Positions 48,873 through 63,525 of a stretch of DNA of 64,000 bases are shown here, in pieces. Position 1 is the stretch's first letter. Each line of letters begins with the position of its first letter. This DNA is from Lama glama (lineage: Eukaryota). The stretch spans positions 22,322,001 to 22,386,000 of the forward strand of contig CM052817.1 in assembly GCA_028534125.1 (NCBI GenBank). The letters run 5' to 3'. A program made the translations under genes and the position numbers. A model generated the notes under the pieces. It had not been told where the DNA came from. It ran no database searches and saw only the letters and a list, made by a program, of their open reading frames with translations.

Positions 48873-51800
48873 ACTTTAATCAGATTTCTTCCTATCTTAG
48901 AGTCATTAAGAAATATTTCAACTAATGAATAATGATTATTCAGAGGTTATGTTTAAATATCTTGTGATAGTAAGTCTTCCACCCTCTGTTGATAGATGTG
49001 TGAATGGGTTGTGGAATGCTTTCAAATTTAAGGTAGTTGTCATGTTTACCCTACCTTTTTTTTTTCTGCTGGGCCCCTTCTTCTGTTCTCTGCACATGCA
49101 CACAGCTTCCTTATTAGCCAAAATAATATGTAGACTGCTTGACTGTTTGGGTCCTCTTTTGTACTGTGCCTGTGCACATAGTTATCCACTCAGTAATGTG
49201 CAGGGAGATTATCGAGTCACTCTGTTACTGCTTCATTTATAAGATCTCTCTTTTATTTATTCATACTTTCCTATTTTAGTGGTCCATTGCTCCTCCCAAC
49301 TAGGATACAACTAGCTGATCTGGTGGACTTCTTTCTTTGCTCGCTACTGAAATTGTTACTCTGACTGACATCATTCCTGGGTATGATTATTTGTTTTCTG
49401 GTCGAAATCAAGCAGGTAACCTTCATGAGTAGAGTGGTTGGCTTCCATGGTCTGTCGCCCTTCTAGAACTGCTGTGTTGACTAAGCTGGGAGTAATGAGA
49501 ACAGAATGTTAAAGAATCGCACAGATGCCCACTGTTTGTTCAGTCATTTTGCATATTTAAATGCTCCTCAGTTGGTGGTATTCATTTGGTTAATACCCAA
49601 ATGCTTGCAACATGTTGTTTTGTTTTGCTTTGTTTCTGAGATTTTTTTCCTCAGTTTATAATTGTTTTTTTAGGGAAAGTTTTTATAGTCTGTATAATGT
49701 TTCTAATTTTTTTTTTACCATACCAAAAGTTCCTCTCTGCTTGTGATATTGTTAAAAATTAATTTTATCTGGGAGTTACTAAGCCACATTAGTGAAATAA
49801 ATTGTACTCTAAGCATACAATACTATATCAGAATGCTAATTTCTAAAAGAGAATTTTTTTTCTCACCTAAAATTCTGTAAGAGGGAAGCTTATGTATCTC
49901 TTACTGGGGATGTGATTTATCTGTGTTTACAATGGTTTACAATGGCTTTCTTTATCTTACCTTATGCTAATCTCCCCAGCCCTCATATTTTTATGACTTC
50001 ATTGCCATCTAATATCAACCTTTGCATATAATTCCCTTCTGCCTGTAATATTTTTTCCTTAAGATATCTTCTTGATATTTTTCTACCATCTAATCCTAGC
50101 TCCAATGTCATTGTTTCAGTAAGCTTATCTAATCACCTACTGTATTGTCACATGTCTCTGATAACTTATTTCTTGTTCATGGGTAAGTATTAATACCCAT
50201 GCCTTTTTTTTAGCACAAGCTCAATATCTCATTGTATCCATTCCTCTGGATCATAGAGTCTCTTTAACTTTGGAAACCTGGAGATTTATCACTGACTTAT
50301 AAGGATAGTCACATTTCTTTTTAATATATTTTGTTATGCTTTACTACCATTTTTGTGTTGTGAGTCATATTTCTAGAGCACAAATTTCATAATATAGTTT
50401 TTTGCTTTGCCTAAAGCATGAGATACATCATAAACAGCATTTTTAAGGTTTTCCTGGGAACTAGCTATAAAATTTTACATTTCAAGAAAGGAAGTAAAGA
50501 AATCAGTTAATGGAAGATATTTATTCCATCAAGTATTAAACTCATGTGACAAAACACTTTGGGTTATATTGGGATTAAAACTAGTGGCTGCCAATCAACT
50601 ATCAATGAACAGTTTACATAATTACAGTCTCTGGGTTACTATTCACAAGCTAAACATTTAAATCTAGGCATTACTATATGTTATTTTAAGAAGACAAAAT
50701 TATGATGACTTATTCTACACAAAAAAATCAGTCTGAAAATTGGTCATGATGAAAAGAAGCAATAGAAAGAACAAAGCTAACTTGTTTTTGGGTACTGAGC
50801 ATCTATGGAATACTTTATATAATTATGGTTGGAATATTTTTAAAGTACAGTAACAAAAATTACTCAATAAAAGCAACATTTTTTTTTAACTTGTTAGGAA
50901 GTAGTCCCAAAGAAATCAGACTAAGATGATCAGAATCCTTACGAAAGAAAGAAAAAGCCTAAGAGGAAAAAAACAAATCAGTCTGTAAAACCATTAAGAT
51001 GCTTTACTGCCAAGTGAATTATCCTACTTTCAGAACTTAGAAATTCAGGAATGTAATAACTTTGAAATCTATCTAGCCTATCAGTCTAATTATTTTTAAT
51101 TAATTAATTCATTTTTTTGGTCCAATTATTAACAGGATAGTCCCAAGCTGTATGGTTTATAATGATGGTTCATTACAGCATCACTGAAATTTTAATATAT
51201 ATACGCATGATACTGCAATATTTGAGCATTTATTTGTTGTGGCTATAGCCCTACAGAAAGAAATATTCTATGTCATAGGCAGTTTTACAGAATAGAAATG
51301 TATCTATGAAAGACATGAAATCTTAATTCTTGGGAAACAAAGGTGTAGCCAAGAGCTAGGGGATCTCTTTGTGAGTTTGAAATTCCTTGATTTATAGGTC
51401 CTGGAATTGGCTTATTTTAGGATATCAACTTTTAAAGGGGGAATCTAAGGACTATCACAAGGATAAATGATTACAAAGATAAGCAGATCATGAGAACTAG
51501 AAATTTACTATTTTTCAGTCATATTACTTGACTCTATTTTTGTCTGATTCTGAATAACTGATTTAAACCAAAGACCTATCTGAGAGATAACATGGCTTTG
51601 CCTCCAGCCATGAGAGTGTGATATTAGCATGCAAGAAAAGGGTAAGGTTATTAGCACAGTGCTGGGCAAAGGCCACCCACCTGAAAGTGCGTTTAGAGAA
51701 AATGTTTCAACTAATACTCCATTTTAATTGCCAGCTGAGGAACTATTGAAGATATAGTATTTTCCTGTTTTCTTTGGTTGATATACTTGATGCATGCCAC

Positions 51801-53349
51801 TTGTATTTTAGATCAAAGATGGAGATTGAAGCATTATCATTGTACTTACTTTCCAAAGAAGTATCAGTGAGAAATATTAATCTTAGGTGTTAAAAGTATA
51901 ATTCTGCCACTTTGAAAGTTATATATGTATTCATATAATCCTCTAAAAATTAGGGAGAAGAAATAATAAATGGAGTTTTCAGATAAAAATGCCTCCCACT
52001 ATTATGGGCATGGAAGTATAGCACTGGTTTTTCTTGGCATGTTAATAAAGGTATTATGAATTGTTGATATATACTTTATTCTTGAAAATTGCTAGCTTTT
52101 ATAATTAAAATACTCTGATAATAGGGTTTCAGACTGGCATTATATTAGACATAAAACAATACAAAAATGAACATAATGTAAAGCATCATTAGATTACCAC
52201 TCTCTAAAGTTAGCTAATGGAACCCTAAGACATATTCCTTTAATTAAAATACTAAATAGAACAACACCCTGTGCACCTTAATATAATCAACAAATTTTTG
52301 TGGGAAATGAGGTCTGCTCATCTGGTTTTGCACTCTATACTGAAAAAATAAAGTAAGATACTTTTAATCAAATTGTACATGTATTATTCTATTTACTAAA
52401 ATAATTTAGAAATGCAAAAATACATATACCACGTATCAGTGTATATTTCCTTTTGCATAATCCGGCCAATCTGGTGTGTATTAGAAAAGAAAAAAATAGC
52501 TTAAATATTCCTGATGGATCATCAATCCAAAGTAGCAAAAGTAGCCTTGACCCTCCTGTCCTAATAAAAACAATGTTGCAAAACACTCAAAGAGACAGTG
52601 ATCTGATGCATTACTACTCTGTGTCCTCTTGTTTCCTACCAGACCCAGGATGAGTTTGATCAAGTTTCTGTGCTTGCCATTCAATACCTTATAAAACGTG
52701 GCACAGAGACCCTGTGATGATGATCTCTTCATGGGGTTCTCAAATTCCAGATTTCAATCATCTTTTCCTAGGGAGAGCTAAACTAAGGAAGCTTTGCTTG
52801 TTCTGTATTCACCCAAACCCTAACCTGGAAGTAGATAAAAATTAAGTTATTCATGCAGTTTTCACCAAATAGAATACATTGCTTCTGGCTTGAATTAGGT
52901 AGAATGGAGTTTGGATTAGAATGGTTACATAATTTCTTTTGATAAAGCTTATCCCTGGAATTTGGTCTGCACTAGTTGCTAAAGTAGGAAGAATCCAATA
53001 GAACCATTAAACAGATAATAGTTTTATTTACTGTCAGTGAATTATGAGTCAAAAATTAGAAACAAATTACCAAAAATATTACCTATATGTTGAAAAATCT
53101 TAGTTATGCAAACTTTAAACTTTGGAATAGATCATATAGGGTAAACCAAAAGAGTAATGCCAATTATAATCATCATGAAAAATAATAAGAAATATATATT
53201 TACAAAACCCTGATGACCTTATCTATAGATTTTTCTGAATCTTAATTTTCAGAGGCTTCTAGTTCCTTTCTTACTAAGTGGCAGAGTAAAAAGTTAATTT
53301 TAATTAAGAAAAGAAAGTCTTAAACAGAGATATTAATGTAAGAAAGAGA

Positions 53350-53530
53350 CCATGAGCTTTGAAATCAGACAAATCTTTCATTCTCAGTTTAGTTACTTAA
53401 GAGCAGTGATCTTGATAAATTCCTTTATGTTCCATTTTCCTCTTTCATTATTTGCAATAACAACAATAATACTTACTGTTCAGAGTTGTAAATATTGGAT
53501 AAAATATACATTAGATTTTTGCCTATTGCT
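53350..53530 (+). mobile_element. MIR SINE
   Basis: ATGAGCTTTGAAATCAGAC...GTGATCTTGATAAATTCCTTTA...AATACTTACTGTTCAGAGTTGT. Confidence 0.55.
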
Positions 53531-56500
53531 TTAAATGTGCATCCCCAGTCGATGGCAGTGTTTTCAGTACAAGTTAAAAAGAATGTTGACAAATATATAA
53601 GTCCTAAAACATATTTTTAAACCACCAGTGACTGTAGCAATTTTTTCACACTATACCCCTGAATACCTAACCAATCATTTTATTTTATTCTTTTCTTCTG
53701 AAAAAAATCTTTATCATTTCTTTGAAATTCTATTGAACTATTATTGTTAATTTTAATTTACTCATTACTTCCTTAAATTTTAAACTCCATGAAATGACTT
53801 CCATGTACATCTTTTTCTAAAATAACTACTTAAGTCTCTTGGGCACAATAGGTATTTAACAATTATTTGTTAATTTCAACGATACTATATTTATAATGTT
53901 TTCATGGTGTAGTTTTTAGGCATTCAGTGATAATTTTGGCAGAGAAATACTTGTTAAATTCATAACTTTTGATCATTAGACTTTGGGTGATTTTGCTGAG
54001 TCTGAAAATATGAATTTAAAAAAAAAATGGAAATGAATACCAAGCACCTCTTATTTACAGGAGAAAATAAAAGCATACATGGATCAAAATAAAATGTAAG
54101 CTAGTTTTATTGTGTCCTCAAACTGAATTGATGACAGTAATTTTATATTACATAATAACTATCTTCTATTAATGCACAATATCATGTTTAGCACAAACAT
54201 CATATGCTGGTGTATTTTTCTTTCTTCTTTGTATAACTTGGTTGCAAGTCTTTATGTTTCACGTAACCACAGGGAATGGTTTTCTTTCATTTTGGATCTC
54301 TGAAATAGAGCAAATATACATTTTCTGAGAACATTAAAGAGTTTTCATTAGGATGCAGAAATTTCTACTTTCTTGAAAATATTCAAAATAAAAATTTTTA
54401 ATCAATTACCACATATTAGTGATTTAATTGCTTTCCAAATAAGATACTAATTCATGATAAGCTTGTTATATATTTTCTGTGTTTTACAAAATCACGTTTT
54501 TTATGGTGCATATTTATGGGTAAATGAGATCTAAATATTGGGAACGTTTTGTTGTTATTGTTGTTGTTCAGTTTAACAGGCTAAATAATGCATGCCAGGG
54601 TAAAATGCAATATATATATTAAACCATTAATTGATTTAACAGTAATATGAACTAGTTTACAAATAATATGAGCTATTTATAAGTTGTTAAACTCATGAGG
54701 AGACACTATCTGGATTTGTATGGTATAGGTATGCAATTTATCATATATTCCACATCCCAGCCTACGCTGATTTCAGTTGCCCTTCTCCCTCAATTTTTCT
54801 CACTCACTTCTATGGCATAAATTTTCTCTAAGTCTTATCTAAATTTCTCTCTCTTATTCTTCTATAATCTACACGTAATTTTTCAAGTCTTATCCATGTT
54901 CTTTTATTTAAGGACTTTAAAAATACCTCCCCAAAACAATGTTAATACATAGTTAATAGAAATTACCCCCAATTCTCAAGCCAATAACTCCTTATTACTT
55001 CTTTTTTTTTTTTGCTAATGCTTTCACAATTGTCCTAATTTCTGTTCAGATGACATGTAGTCAATTATCAAGCTGAGTTAATTCTGCAATTTATTTATTC
55101 CTTTGTTCATGTAGCAAGAATGTATTGTTCCTGCTGAAGTAAGATGTGTGCAAATGGCTGATAACATTCTCAATACATTGTTGATAATATAATAACACTT
55201 TCTTTCCATTTTGTTGGGTGTGAGTGCTCTCAGATTATGTGGTAGGGATCTAGCATTCCTTGGACAGCCTCCAGAACACTCAGTAATGTTACAACAGGAA
55301 GTCTATGTTGACAGGTCAGTACAGCAGAATCTGCTCTTTCCTGGTGCCCCAAGCTTGTACCAGCTTCCATCTGTCTTGTTCCAGAAAGTTTGAGCCTGCC
55401 TAATCCTTATGCTTTGGTACAGTATTTCTAGTATACCAGTGAGTGGTGTGATTATAAGATTTATTGTCCACATAGAGATACTATTGACTATGAAAGCTGT
55501 AAAAACACTTAAAATGAGTAATTTTTGAATGTTTGCTTCTTAAATGGCAAATTGGTTTTAGTATATTGGAAAACCTAAACATAATTATATTCTAAAATAA
55601 ATTATTGAAAACATTTCTAAAAGTAAAACCATATACACAAACATTAAATAAAAACCTTATTTATATTGATTTCTCAACATTAACATAAGAAGAAAAAGTT
55701 CTGATATATATATGTATCTATTCCTAATATTTAGTCACTAATAGTTTTCTCAAGAATATATTTTTCAATGTGGTGCAGAATATAAAGTTATCAAACTAAA
55801 AACAGGAAATCCATCAGAAGATTGTTTCTATAAATTAAGGTACTTAAAAAAAACATGTAATGGCTCAAAATTAAAGACTGTATACATTTTGATTCATATC
55901 ATTATTTAATTTGTTTATATCTTCCCTTATTTGCAAAGATAGATTTCTAAGTGTATTTTGCATGAGTTATTTTAAATCATTCCAATTTTTTGAGAACTTC
56001 AAAACCGGATTGTTGTTGTTATTTCATTCATTATTGCTATGATTAACAATTCCCAAATACTTTGGAAATGTAATCTCAGTTTATAAGGCTTATTTGCATA
56101 AATCTTTTATTTTATAGTAGATCATGTTTGTTGATTTGCTAAGTAGTTCCTCCAAGGCCAAACATTTTTAATTGATAAATAGTAAAGAGTAAAATTGCTA
56201 ATTGCCATGATGAATAGTTTTTTTTTTTGTTTTCTATATCAGATTTGTATACTATATATAATATTTATATACTATATATAACTTATTTTGTGAGTGTTTA
56301 AAAACATTTGTAAAATTTGACAGCTGTGGATTTTTATTCAGTATTATATTTTCACATCAAAACCAACTTCAAGTACATTCTTGTTCCATCAATACTTAAT
56401 TTAGTAAGATTATTATTTTGCTGTGATACCATGCTTCAAATTTATATTCATAGTAATTTGCAAAACCAAGTAATTTTAATTTCAGTGTTGACCTGTGTTA

Positions 56501-56658
56501 TCAAAAGAGTGTTACCAAAACATTTGGCCACATTATCAAATGAGAAGTTATTGTATACTTATTACATTTATAAAATGACAAACCTCTGCAGTAGAAATAG
56601 ACAACTTTCTATAAAATATAGGAATTGAACTCAATTTCAACATAATTTTTCTAGATAG

Positions 56659-57114
56659 TGTCTACTGAAAAAAAAAAGCACACCATGAAAGCTATGAGTT
56701 CAGTTTTATTGGGCACTTACTGAGAACTATAGGCCAGGAGACAGCCTCTCAAATAGCTATGAGGAACTGCTCCAAAGAGGTAAAGGGGGACGTCAGTATA
56801 GATATGCTTCTGGTGGAAGGGGAACATGAAATCAAGCACACATCTTGGTAGAAGGTTACTGATAGTCATGAGGAGCAGATGTCTCTGTTTTAGTTTAGAT
56901 AAGATTTTACTGCTTTTCTAGGTATGAGAAGATGCAAGAAATTGATCTCACTATCTGAAGGCCTATTCTGCCAGTTTTCTCCAGAGCACAGAGTGTGCCT
57001 CATTCCTGATCTCTGCCCTGAACACCTTTCAGGGTGTGTTAAAGGTCAGTGACTGCAGTGGCTAGTGGCTTCATCCTCGTAGAACCAGACAGTGGGTGAC
57101 AAATTTAGCTGTCA
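56659..57114 (-). mobile_element. ERV1-class cetartiodactyl solo LTR
   Basis: TGTCTACTGAAAA...AGCTGTCA termini; minus-strand AATAAA at 56705-56710; GGAGACAGCCTCTC..GAGGAACTGCTCCAAAGAGG motif; TSD ATAG/ACAG. Confidence 0.8.
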
Positions 57115-57347
57115 ACAGCTAAAACAGCATCTATCTTATCATTTCTAGAAGTTGCTTAATTTAGATATTACATTCTTCAGAACATAACTCTTGATCATAA
57201 GTTCCCATATTTTCTCTTTTCTAACCAACTTTTCCCCTATAATCCCTGATTTCAAACCAAACTAAAATTTTCTTATTCTTTGAAAAAAGTGAGCCCTTTT
57301 ATTGTCCTCCTTCTTTATCTCATCAACTCATTTCCAACATTAATTCA

Positions 57348-57700
57348 TATTATGGACTGAATGCTCCCAACATTCATATATTAAATCCTAATACCAAATT
57401 TGATATTTGAAGGTGGGGTATTTAGGAGGTAATTAATCATGTGGGTGGAGGCCTCATGAATGAGATTAGTGCCCTTGTAAAGAGGCCCTAGAGATCTCCT
57501 TCACCTTTTGCACCATCTGACAACACAGCAGTAACACATTTGTCTATGAACCAGTACTGGGACACCATCAGACAACATATATCTGCTGACGCCTTAATCT
57601 GGGACTTCCCAGCCTCCAGACTGTGAACAATAAATTAATGTTGTTTATAAACTACCCAGTCTATGGCATTCTGTTATAGCAGCCTACACAGACTAAGACA
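57348..57700 (+). mobile_element. MLT1A-like MaLR solo LTR
   Basis: TTATGGACTGAATG...GGACTTCCCAGCCTCCAGACTGTGAACAATAAA...GACTAAGACA; TCATA flanks both ends. Confidence 0.9.
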
Positions 57701-57719
57701 TCATACTTTCTCTACTATC

Positions 57720-60380
57720 ATTCCTCTGCAAAAAAACATGAACCTGAATTCAACACAAAAATTTCTAGCTTTTACCTTTATCTTTGTAGTTCAACTCCCA
57801 TACATCTCTCAGAACATATATCCATGTTCAACTTATCTTGAAAATTAGTGTGGTGAGAAACCACACATTACTTCCCTTTACACATTACTTCCCTTTACAC
57901 ATTAAAATTCTATCCATGTTTACAGCTATGTTTCCTTGCTTAGAATTCAGTGGAAACAGAACTCCTCCTCTTACTAATGGCCTGTTACTATATTTATTCT
58001 CTGACTCTATTGGCTTCTATTTCCTCAATTTATTTATCTTCTATCTTATCTTTTCTTCTTGGTTAGACAAGACATATTAATAGAAATAATAACAAGTTTT
58101 AATAAATAATTTCATCAACTCTATATTTCTCAATATCTAGCTCTTACCCATATCAGCCTTCCTTCTGGAACTGAGCTTCCAAAATGAGTATATTTTCTTG
58201 CTCATCTCCCACTTACCTTTCCCAGTGCTTCCCCGAATCTACTGGCATTGTTCAACAATGGCATATTATTAACCAACATATTTTTAGTCATTATTCAGCA
58301 TACATAGCCAGGGACACTGTTGACCTTTCCCAACTTCTTAAATTTTTCTATTTCTTTGGGTGGCTTCATTCTCTTTGATGACTCATTATTAACTGCTGTT
58401 GCAAAATATTTATTTGCATTTCCAGTGGTGAAGAGTCTGAGAATTTCAAAAGACCCTGAATGATTAAGTAGGATAAAGGATTAAAACTGTTCATTGGGTT
58501 TGTTATAAGGGTAATGTTGATATCTTGACAGCTGCCTATTCACTAGTGGTAAGTAGAAATCATATTGAAACCATTCAAAGGGGAAATGCAAAATTAAAAT
58601 ATGTGGATCATTTCAAGAAATTGACTATTAATTGGAGGCGATCAATAGGACTGTTGATAATGGGTATTTAGGGTCAAAGGAAGTTTGTTCATACACATAT
58701 ATATGTACATATATATAATTCAGTTGTAAACTTATTGTTTTATAATTGTATCACTTTGGAATGCTTAAATTCCTAAAAGAAGAAATGAGCTAATTGATTC
58801 TAATGAAAACTGAGCTAATGAGATTCTTATCTAGAAGACCATGGATAATCTTAAACTTCCTATTTTCCTTTGCTATATCCTTTGCCTTTTGGTTTTTAAT
58901 GACAGTCAATGGCTCAAATCTTGGTACGTTCTAATACACTTAGTGCCTTAGTATCTAAAATACAAAACTAACCAACTCATAAAACCTGTCATTAAGTCCT
59001 CATTGACTTTGGAATAAAATACAAATTCCTCAGCATGACATAAGGTGTCCTTCATTAATGAACCCTTTACTAACACTTCAGACCTACATTTTTACCACCT
59101 TGCCTTCACACATGCCTTCTGAAGTGTATCTGTAGATGACCATGTATGCTGAGCTTCAGAAACATTGATATAAGCCTTTTATTCTGCCTGAACATCTTTC
59201 TTTCCCTCTTCACCAGTTTAGTTCATGTTTTTAGAATTCAGGTCATTCATTTATTCGCTAAGTATTTGTCATGAATATATGAAGCACCATAATAAGTGCT
59301 GGTGACACAACAAATAAATAGATGTTTTATATAAATAATATTTACTATACAATATTACTTATATTATTTATATTTATTTTCTATTGATTAAATAGATGTT
59401 GACTTTCCTAGAATATCCACAATAAGAAGGGATATATCCCTTCTTATAATATTGACTTAATGAGTCAACATTTATTAAACCAATAATTAGAACATAAATA
59501 CAAAAATACAGCATTATTAAAATCAGATAACATTACAGAATACCACAGAAGAGTATAGCAAAATGCCTTAGCAATTTGGAAAAGTTCAAAACAGTAATCT
59601 AGGAATCAAAATCATATTTAATATGAAACTTGATGACTGAGAAGCAAATTCAAAATGGAAAGGCTATGAAAAAAGCACTACAAGAGAATCTAGGTATTTC
59701 AAAGATGAAACGAGACCTTTGAGCATTACAGAAATATTCAGAGGCTGAGTGCCTCAAAAAATTAATCAGGAGAAAGGGTAGCATGAATTTAGACTAAAGA
59801 TATAAACCAGGGCATAATTATGCATGAGTTTATAAGCCATGATAAAAAGTAAAATAAGGTTGTTCTTTAAGATCAGAGGAAAATTTTCTATATGCTTTTA
59901 AGCAAATGTGTGACATGATCAGGTATAAATTCTTAAAACATAATTTGAAATGTTGCCTGGAGAACAGAGAGACTACAGATATGCAGGAGTGAATGTAGGG
60001 AGACTGATTAGGAGGTTATTACAGGCTTCAGATAAGAAGTGATGATGAGTTGAACCAGGATGTTGGGAGTGAAGATGGAAAAAAGAGGCTGCCTCAATAT
60101 TTTAGTAGAGCTTTTTATTTTATTTGATAGTGGAGATAAGGGAGAGGAAATCAAATATTATTTCCTCCAGGATGTCTACCTCTAATCTAGGTTAGTGCCC
60201 ATTTATATGCATTTTAGGCTTACCTCAGTCTTAGAAGTGGCCAAATTTTATTGTCAGTATTCTTTTATCTTTCTTCTTCTAAGCATATAAACTATTGAGG
60301 GCAAAAATGTATCCTTCTTTAACCTCTGTATTTTCAGTGTCAAATACAATGGGTAACTATTTTTTATTGGATTAAGTGTA
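57720..60380. mobile_element. Cluster of diverged L2 fragments on both strands
   Basis: GACACTGTTGACCTTTCCCAACTTCTTAAA (RT 'DTVDH' region), CATTCATTTATTCGCTAAGTATTT tail, TTTTAAGCAAATGTGTGACATGATCAG and GGGAGACTGATTAGGAGGTTATT L2 motifs. Confidence 0.5.
57863..57904. repeat. Perfect 17-bp tandem duplication
   Basis: ACACATTACTTCCCTTT x2 plus ACACATTA. Confidence 0.9.
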
Positions 60381-61519
60381 AGCAATTTTGGAGGGAGAAA
60401 GACATTTTAGAAATTCCAGGTAACCGTTGACTTTCTGAGTGCTTCTAAAACTCATCTTTTCCCTTGCTCTGACTGTTTCCCAGAACATGTCTGTGTGTGC
60501 ATATATAGGAAATGAAAACTTATGATTTTATATATTCACATGAATATCTGAAGTTAAATTGACTCAGGAAATCACGGTCTTTGAAAGCTCATATCTGAAG
60601 AAGATTTGGCTCAAATAGTAGTAATGATATGGTTAACGGAAATATCTTTAGATAACAAAGATCATGGTAAATTGGAAGCAGCACTATATTTATAATCAGT
60701 AAACCTTGGTCTCATCCTGACGAGTTGTGAGGTATGGAATAAATAAAGGGATTGCTGACATTTGCATAGAAAATTGTCCCTTTCTTTGTACTTTTCCATA
60801 CATATGCAAGTGTTCTGCCTCTCTCATTACCTCTCCTATGCTGTTCCTATGGCTCCATTCCACAGAGAGTTGCTAGCACCTCCCAGACATAAATAAGAGA
60901 ATCAATTTCCATAAATGATACAGCCCGAGGAGTAAATTGGAAGACTTGGAAAGCAGCCAGTTCTCTAGGTTTACAGTGATGCTTCCTGCATTGCAAATCT
61001 GCTGTGCTGGGGGCATGTGAAGACAGGAAACAGCAGGCCCCTTAGTCATCTGCAGACTGCAGGGCTGTGGTGAGTCCTCCACAGGCAGGATGGCTGGAGG
61101 GTGTGCTTTCAAAGGCCCTGATGTACTCCTGACCATATGGTAGAGCTGCGGAGTGCTGGGAAACAGCACAGAGCTACCTGTTGTGCCCCAGTTAGAAACC
61201 CTGTAACTTCTGCATTATCTAAAAGGCCCAGGATAAACAGTACTAGGCCAAGGGAAAAAACAAAAACAAAAACAGTTGTTATTGTTACTAGTTATTTTGC
61301 TAATTACTAGTTACATTGACTATAATTTCTCATTTGTTTTTATTTTCTTAGGTTAACCCTTCCTATGTTGAGGTCTACAGACTAAAGAATGGTCCCTTAT
61401 GTCATCAATATATTGAACAAATTGTCAATCTACCAAATGCAGTAAAGCAGCAGTTTATAAGAAAGAGATACCATTGCAAGTATTTAGTAGAGATGCAATA
61501 TGTTTAGCACATTAGAATT

Positions 61520-62323
61520 TGTCTTAATCAGTTTGGGCTGCTATGCCAAAATATCATAGATGGGGTGGCTTACAAACAACAAAAATATATTCTTCGTGGC
61601 TCTGGAGGCTGGGAAGTCCAAGCACAAGGTACTGGAAGGTTCAGTGTCTGGTGAGAGTCCACTTTCTTGTACACGGAGAGTTTTCTTTTTGCTGTAAACT
61701 CACATGACAAAGGGATAAGGTTCTCTCTGAAGCTTCTTTTATAAGAACAGTAAACCTGTTACTGAGTCCAAAATGATGGACTAGTGTCCCCAAAAGTTAA
61801 ATTTAAGCCTCTTTTATACTAGAAGTAGAGGGGGTGTGGCTGGTTGTTGCAGACTTCTTGGTGCCAGCCAGACCTCGGAGGTGATAATCCTGTGTTCCTG
61901 CAGCTATTCCTGTAAGTCTGGTTAGGATGTTCTTGTAACCCTCCAATGAGACAAATGTTGTTCTCTGTTCTGCAACTTTTTATCTCTACACGAGTGAAAA
62001 AGTGTTATACCTTTAAAGTTCAAGCCTGAGAGGCAGACCTTGAGAATGGGCTATCATGTATATTTCCAACTATAGGCAATATTCTCTTACAAAGGTGCAG
62101 AGGCAACATGATTAAGCACAGGGAACAGCATAAAAGTTAGAGCTGAAACTTAATCTGACCCAGGATGGAGTCAGGTTAGTTCTTCTCTGGTACAGTCCCA
62201 TTCATGAAGGCTCCCCCTTGACCTAATCACCTCCCAAAGGCTCCACTTCCAAATACCATCACTTTGGGGGTTAGGATTTCAACATAAGAATTTTGAAGGG
62301 ACACAGATATTCACTCTTTAGCA
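61520..62323 (-). mobile_element. MLT1A-like MaLR LTR split by an ERV1 LTR
   Basis: TGTCTTAATCAGTTTGGGCTGCTAT...ACCTAATCACCTCCCAAAGGC...TTAGCA; perfect 5-bp TSD GAATT (61515-61519, 62324-62328). Confidence 0.9.
61757..62194 (-). mobile_element. ERV1-class solo LTR with internal deletion, nested in MLT1A
   Basis: TGTTACTGAGTCCAA...GATGGAGTCAGGTTAGTTCTTCTCTGGTACA; flanks AACC/GTCC, each one change from host-consensus ATCC. Confidence 0.85.
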
Positions 62324-63047
62324 GAATTTATATACTATTAATGACTTAAAATGATAAATGTAGGGAAAGACTATTTACAATTTTTTATTCTGGTATTTTA
62401 AAACTTTCTTTTGCTTTACCTTAATTCTCCCTGCAACCTAATTAACTTGTCCATCAGCAAGAACTGAGATTTGCCTTGGAGTAATGATAAAGAGGAATTC
62501 AAACTGTTTAAAAATAATACTTGAGTTTATATTGTCACAAAGGCTAAGTTTAACTACAACTGACTTAACTTTAGGGCTCATTCAAGAACTCTGGTTGATG
62601 GTACATCATAGAACTTCTTTAAGTAGGAACCCTATAATGATATTTCTGCAAGGAAATTTTAAATTCATCAAACAATCATCCAAGGAAAGCAATAAATCTT
62701 TATTTAGACATCTCTTTTTAAAATGTATTTGATTAGATCAATGTTAGGATTTGATTTCTTACTCCCTCATATATGCAGTTCAATTTTTATTGTTAGTATG
62801 TTTTTAATGAATGCATGTTATAATTCTATAATTTGCATATCCATTTTTGTATTTATGGACACTTGAGTGATTTATAGTAGTTAAATTTTTTCCTATTATG
62901 AATACAACTGTATAACATTTATTTTCAATTGAAGTATAATTTATATATTATAAAAGTCAGCCTGTAAAGAGTACAGTTATTACTTACATGAAATATATGA
63001 GACATATAGAAAGATGTGTAGTTATCACCCCTCCAAAAAGCTAAAAA

Positions 63048-63525
63048 ATTTTGCCTAATCCAAAGTCACAAATATTTTCTTCTTAAAGCTTATAGTCTTT
63101 AGTTTTATATTTAGATCTATGTTCTATTTTAAGTTATTTATTATGATGTGAGGTATAGATCAAGATTCATTATTTCTTTGAATACAGACATCTAATTTTT
63201 TCAGCATCATTTGTTCCAGCACCAGTTTTCTCAGTACAACTTATTTCTTCATTGAATTGCTTTTTCACCCTTCTGATAGATCAATTGACCACATACATGT
63301 GCGTCTACATCTAGACACTCTAATATGTTCCAGTGATCTCTGAGTCTATGTTTCTTCCCAGTACCACACCATCTTGATTATTGTAGTTGTTCAGTAAGTC
63401 TTGAAAGCAGATAGTGTGAGTCCTTAACTTTTATTATTTTTTTCTCAAAATTAGTTTGAGAACTTTAGATCCTGTTCCCTTTGCTATCAACTATAGAATC
63501 AGCTTATAAGTTTCAACCAAAAATT
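63048..63525 (-). mobile_element. L1M ORF2 fragment
   Basis: TTGCCTAATCCAAAGTCACAAA, TTTTTCAGCATCATTTGTT, CCAGTACCACACCATCTTGATTATTGTAG. Confidence 0.8.

Noticed and set aside
52620..52723. Acceptor-like TTTCCTACCAG followed by TQDEFDQVSVLAIQYLIKRGTETL and three TGA codons
   Set aside because: Only 24 codons, peptide not recognised and no partner exons found; expected by chance in 64 kb.
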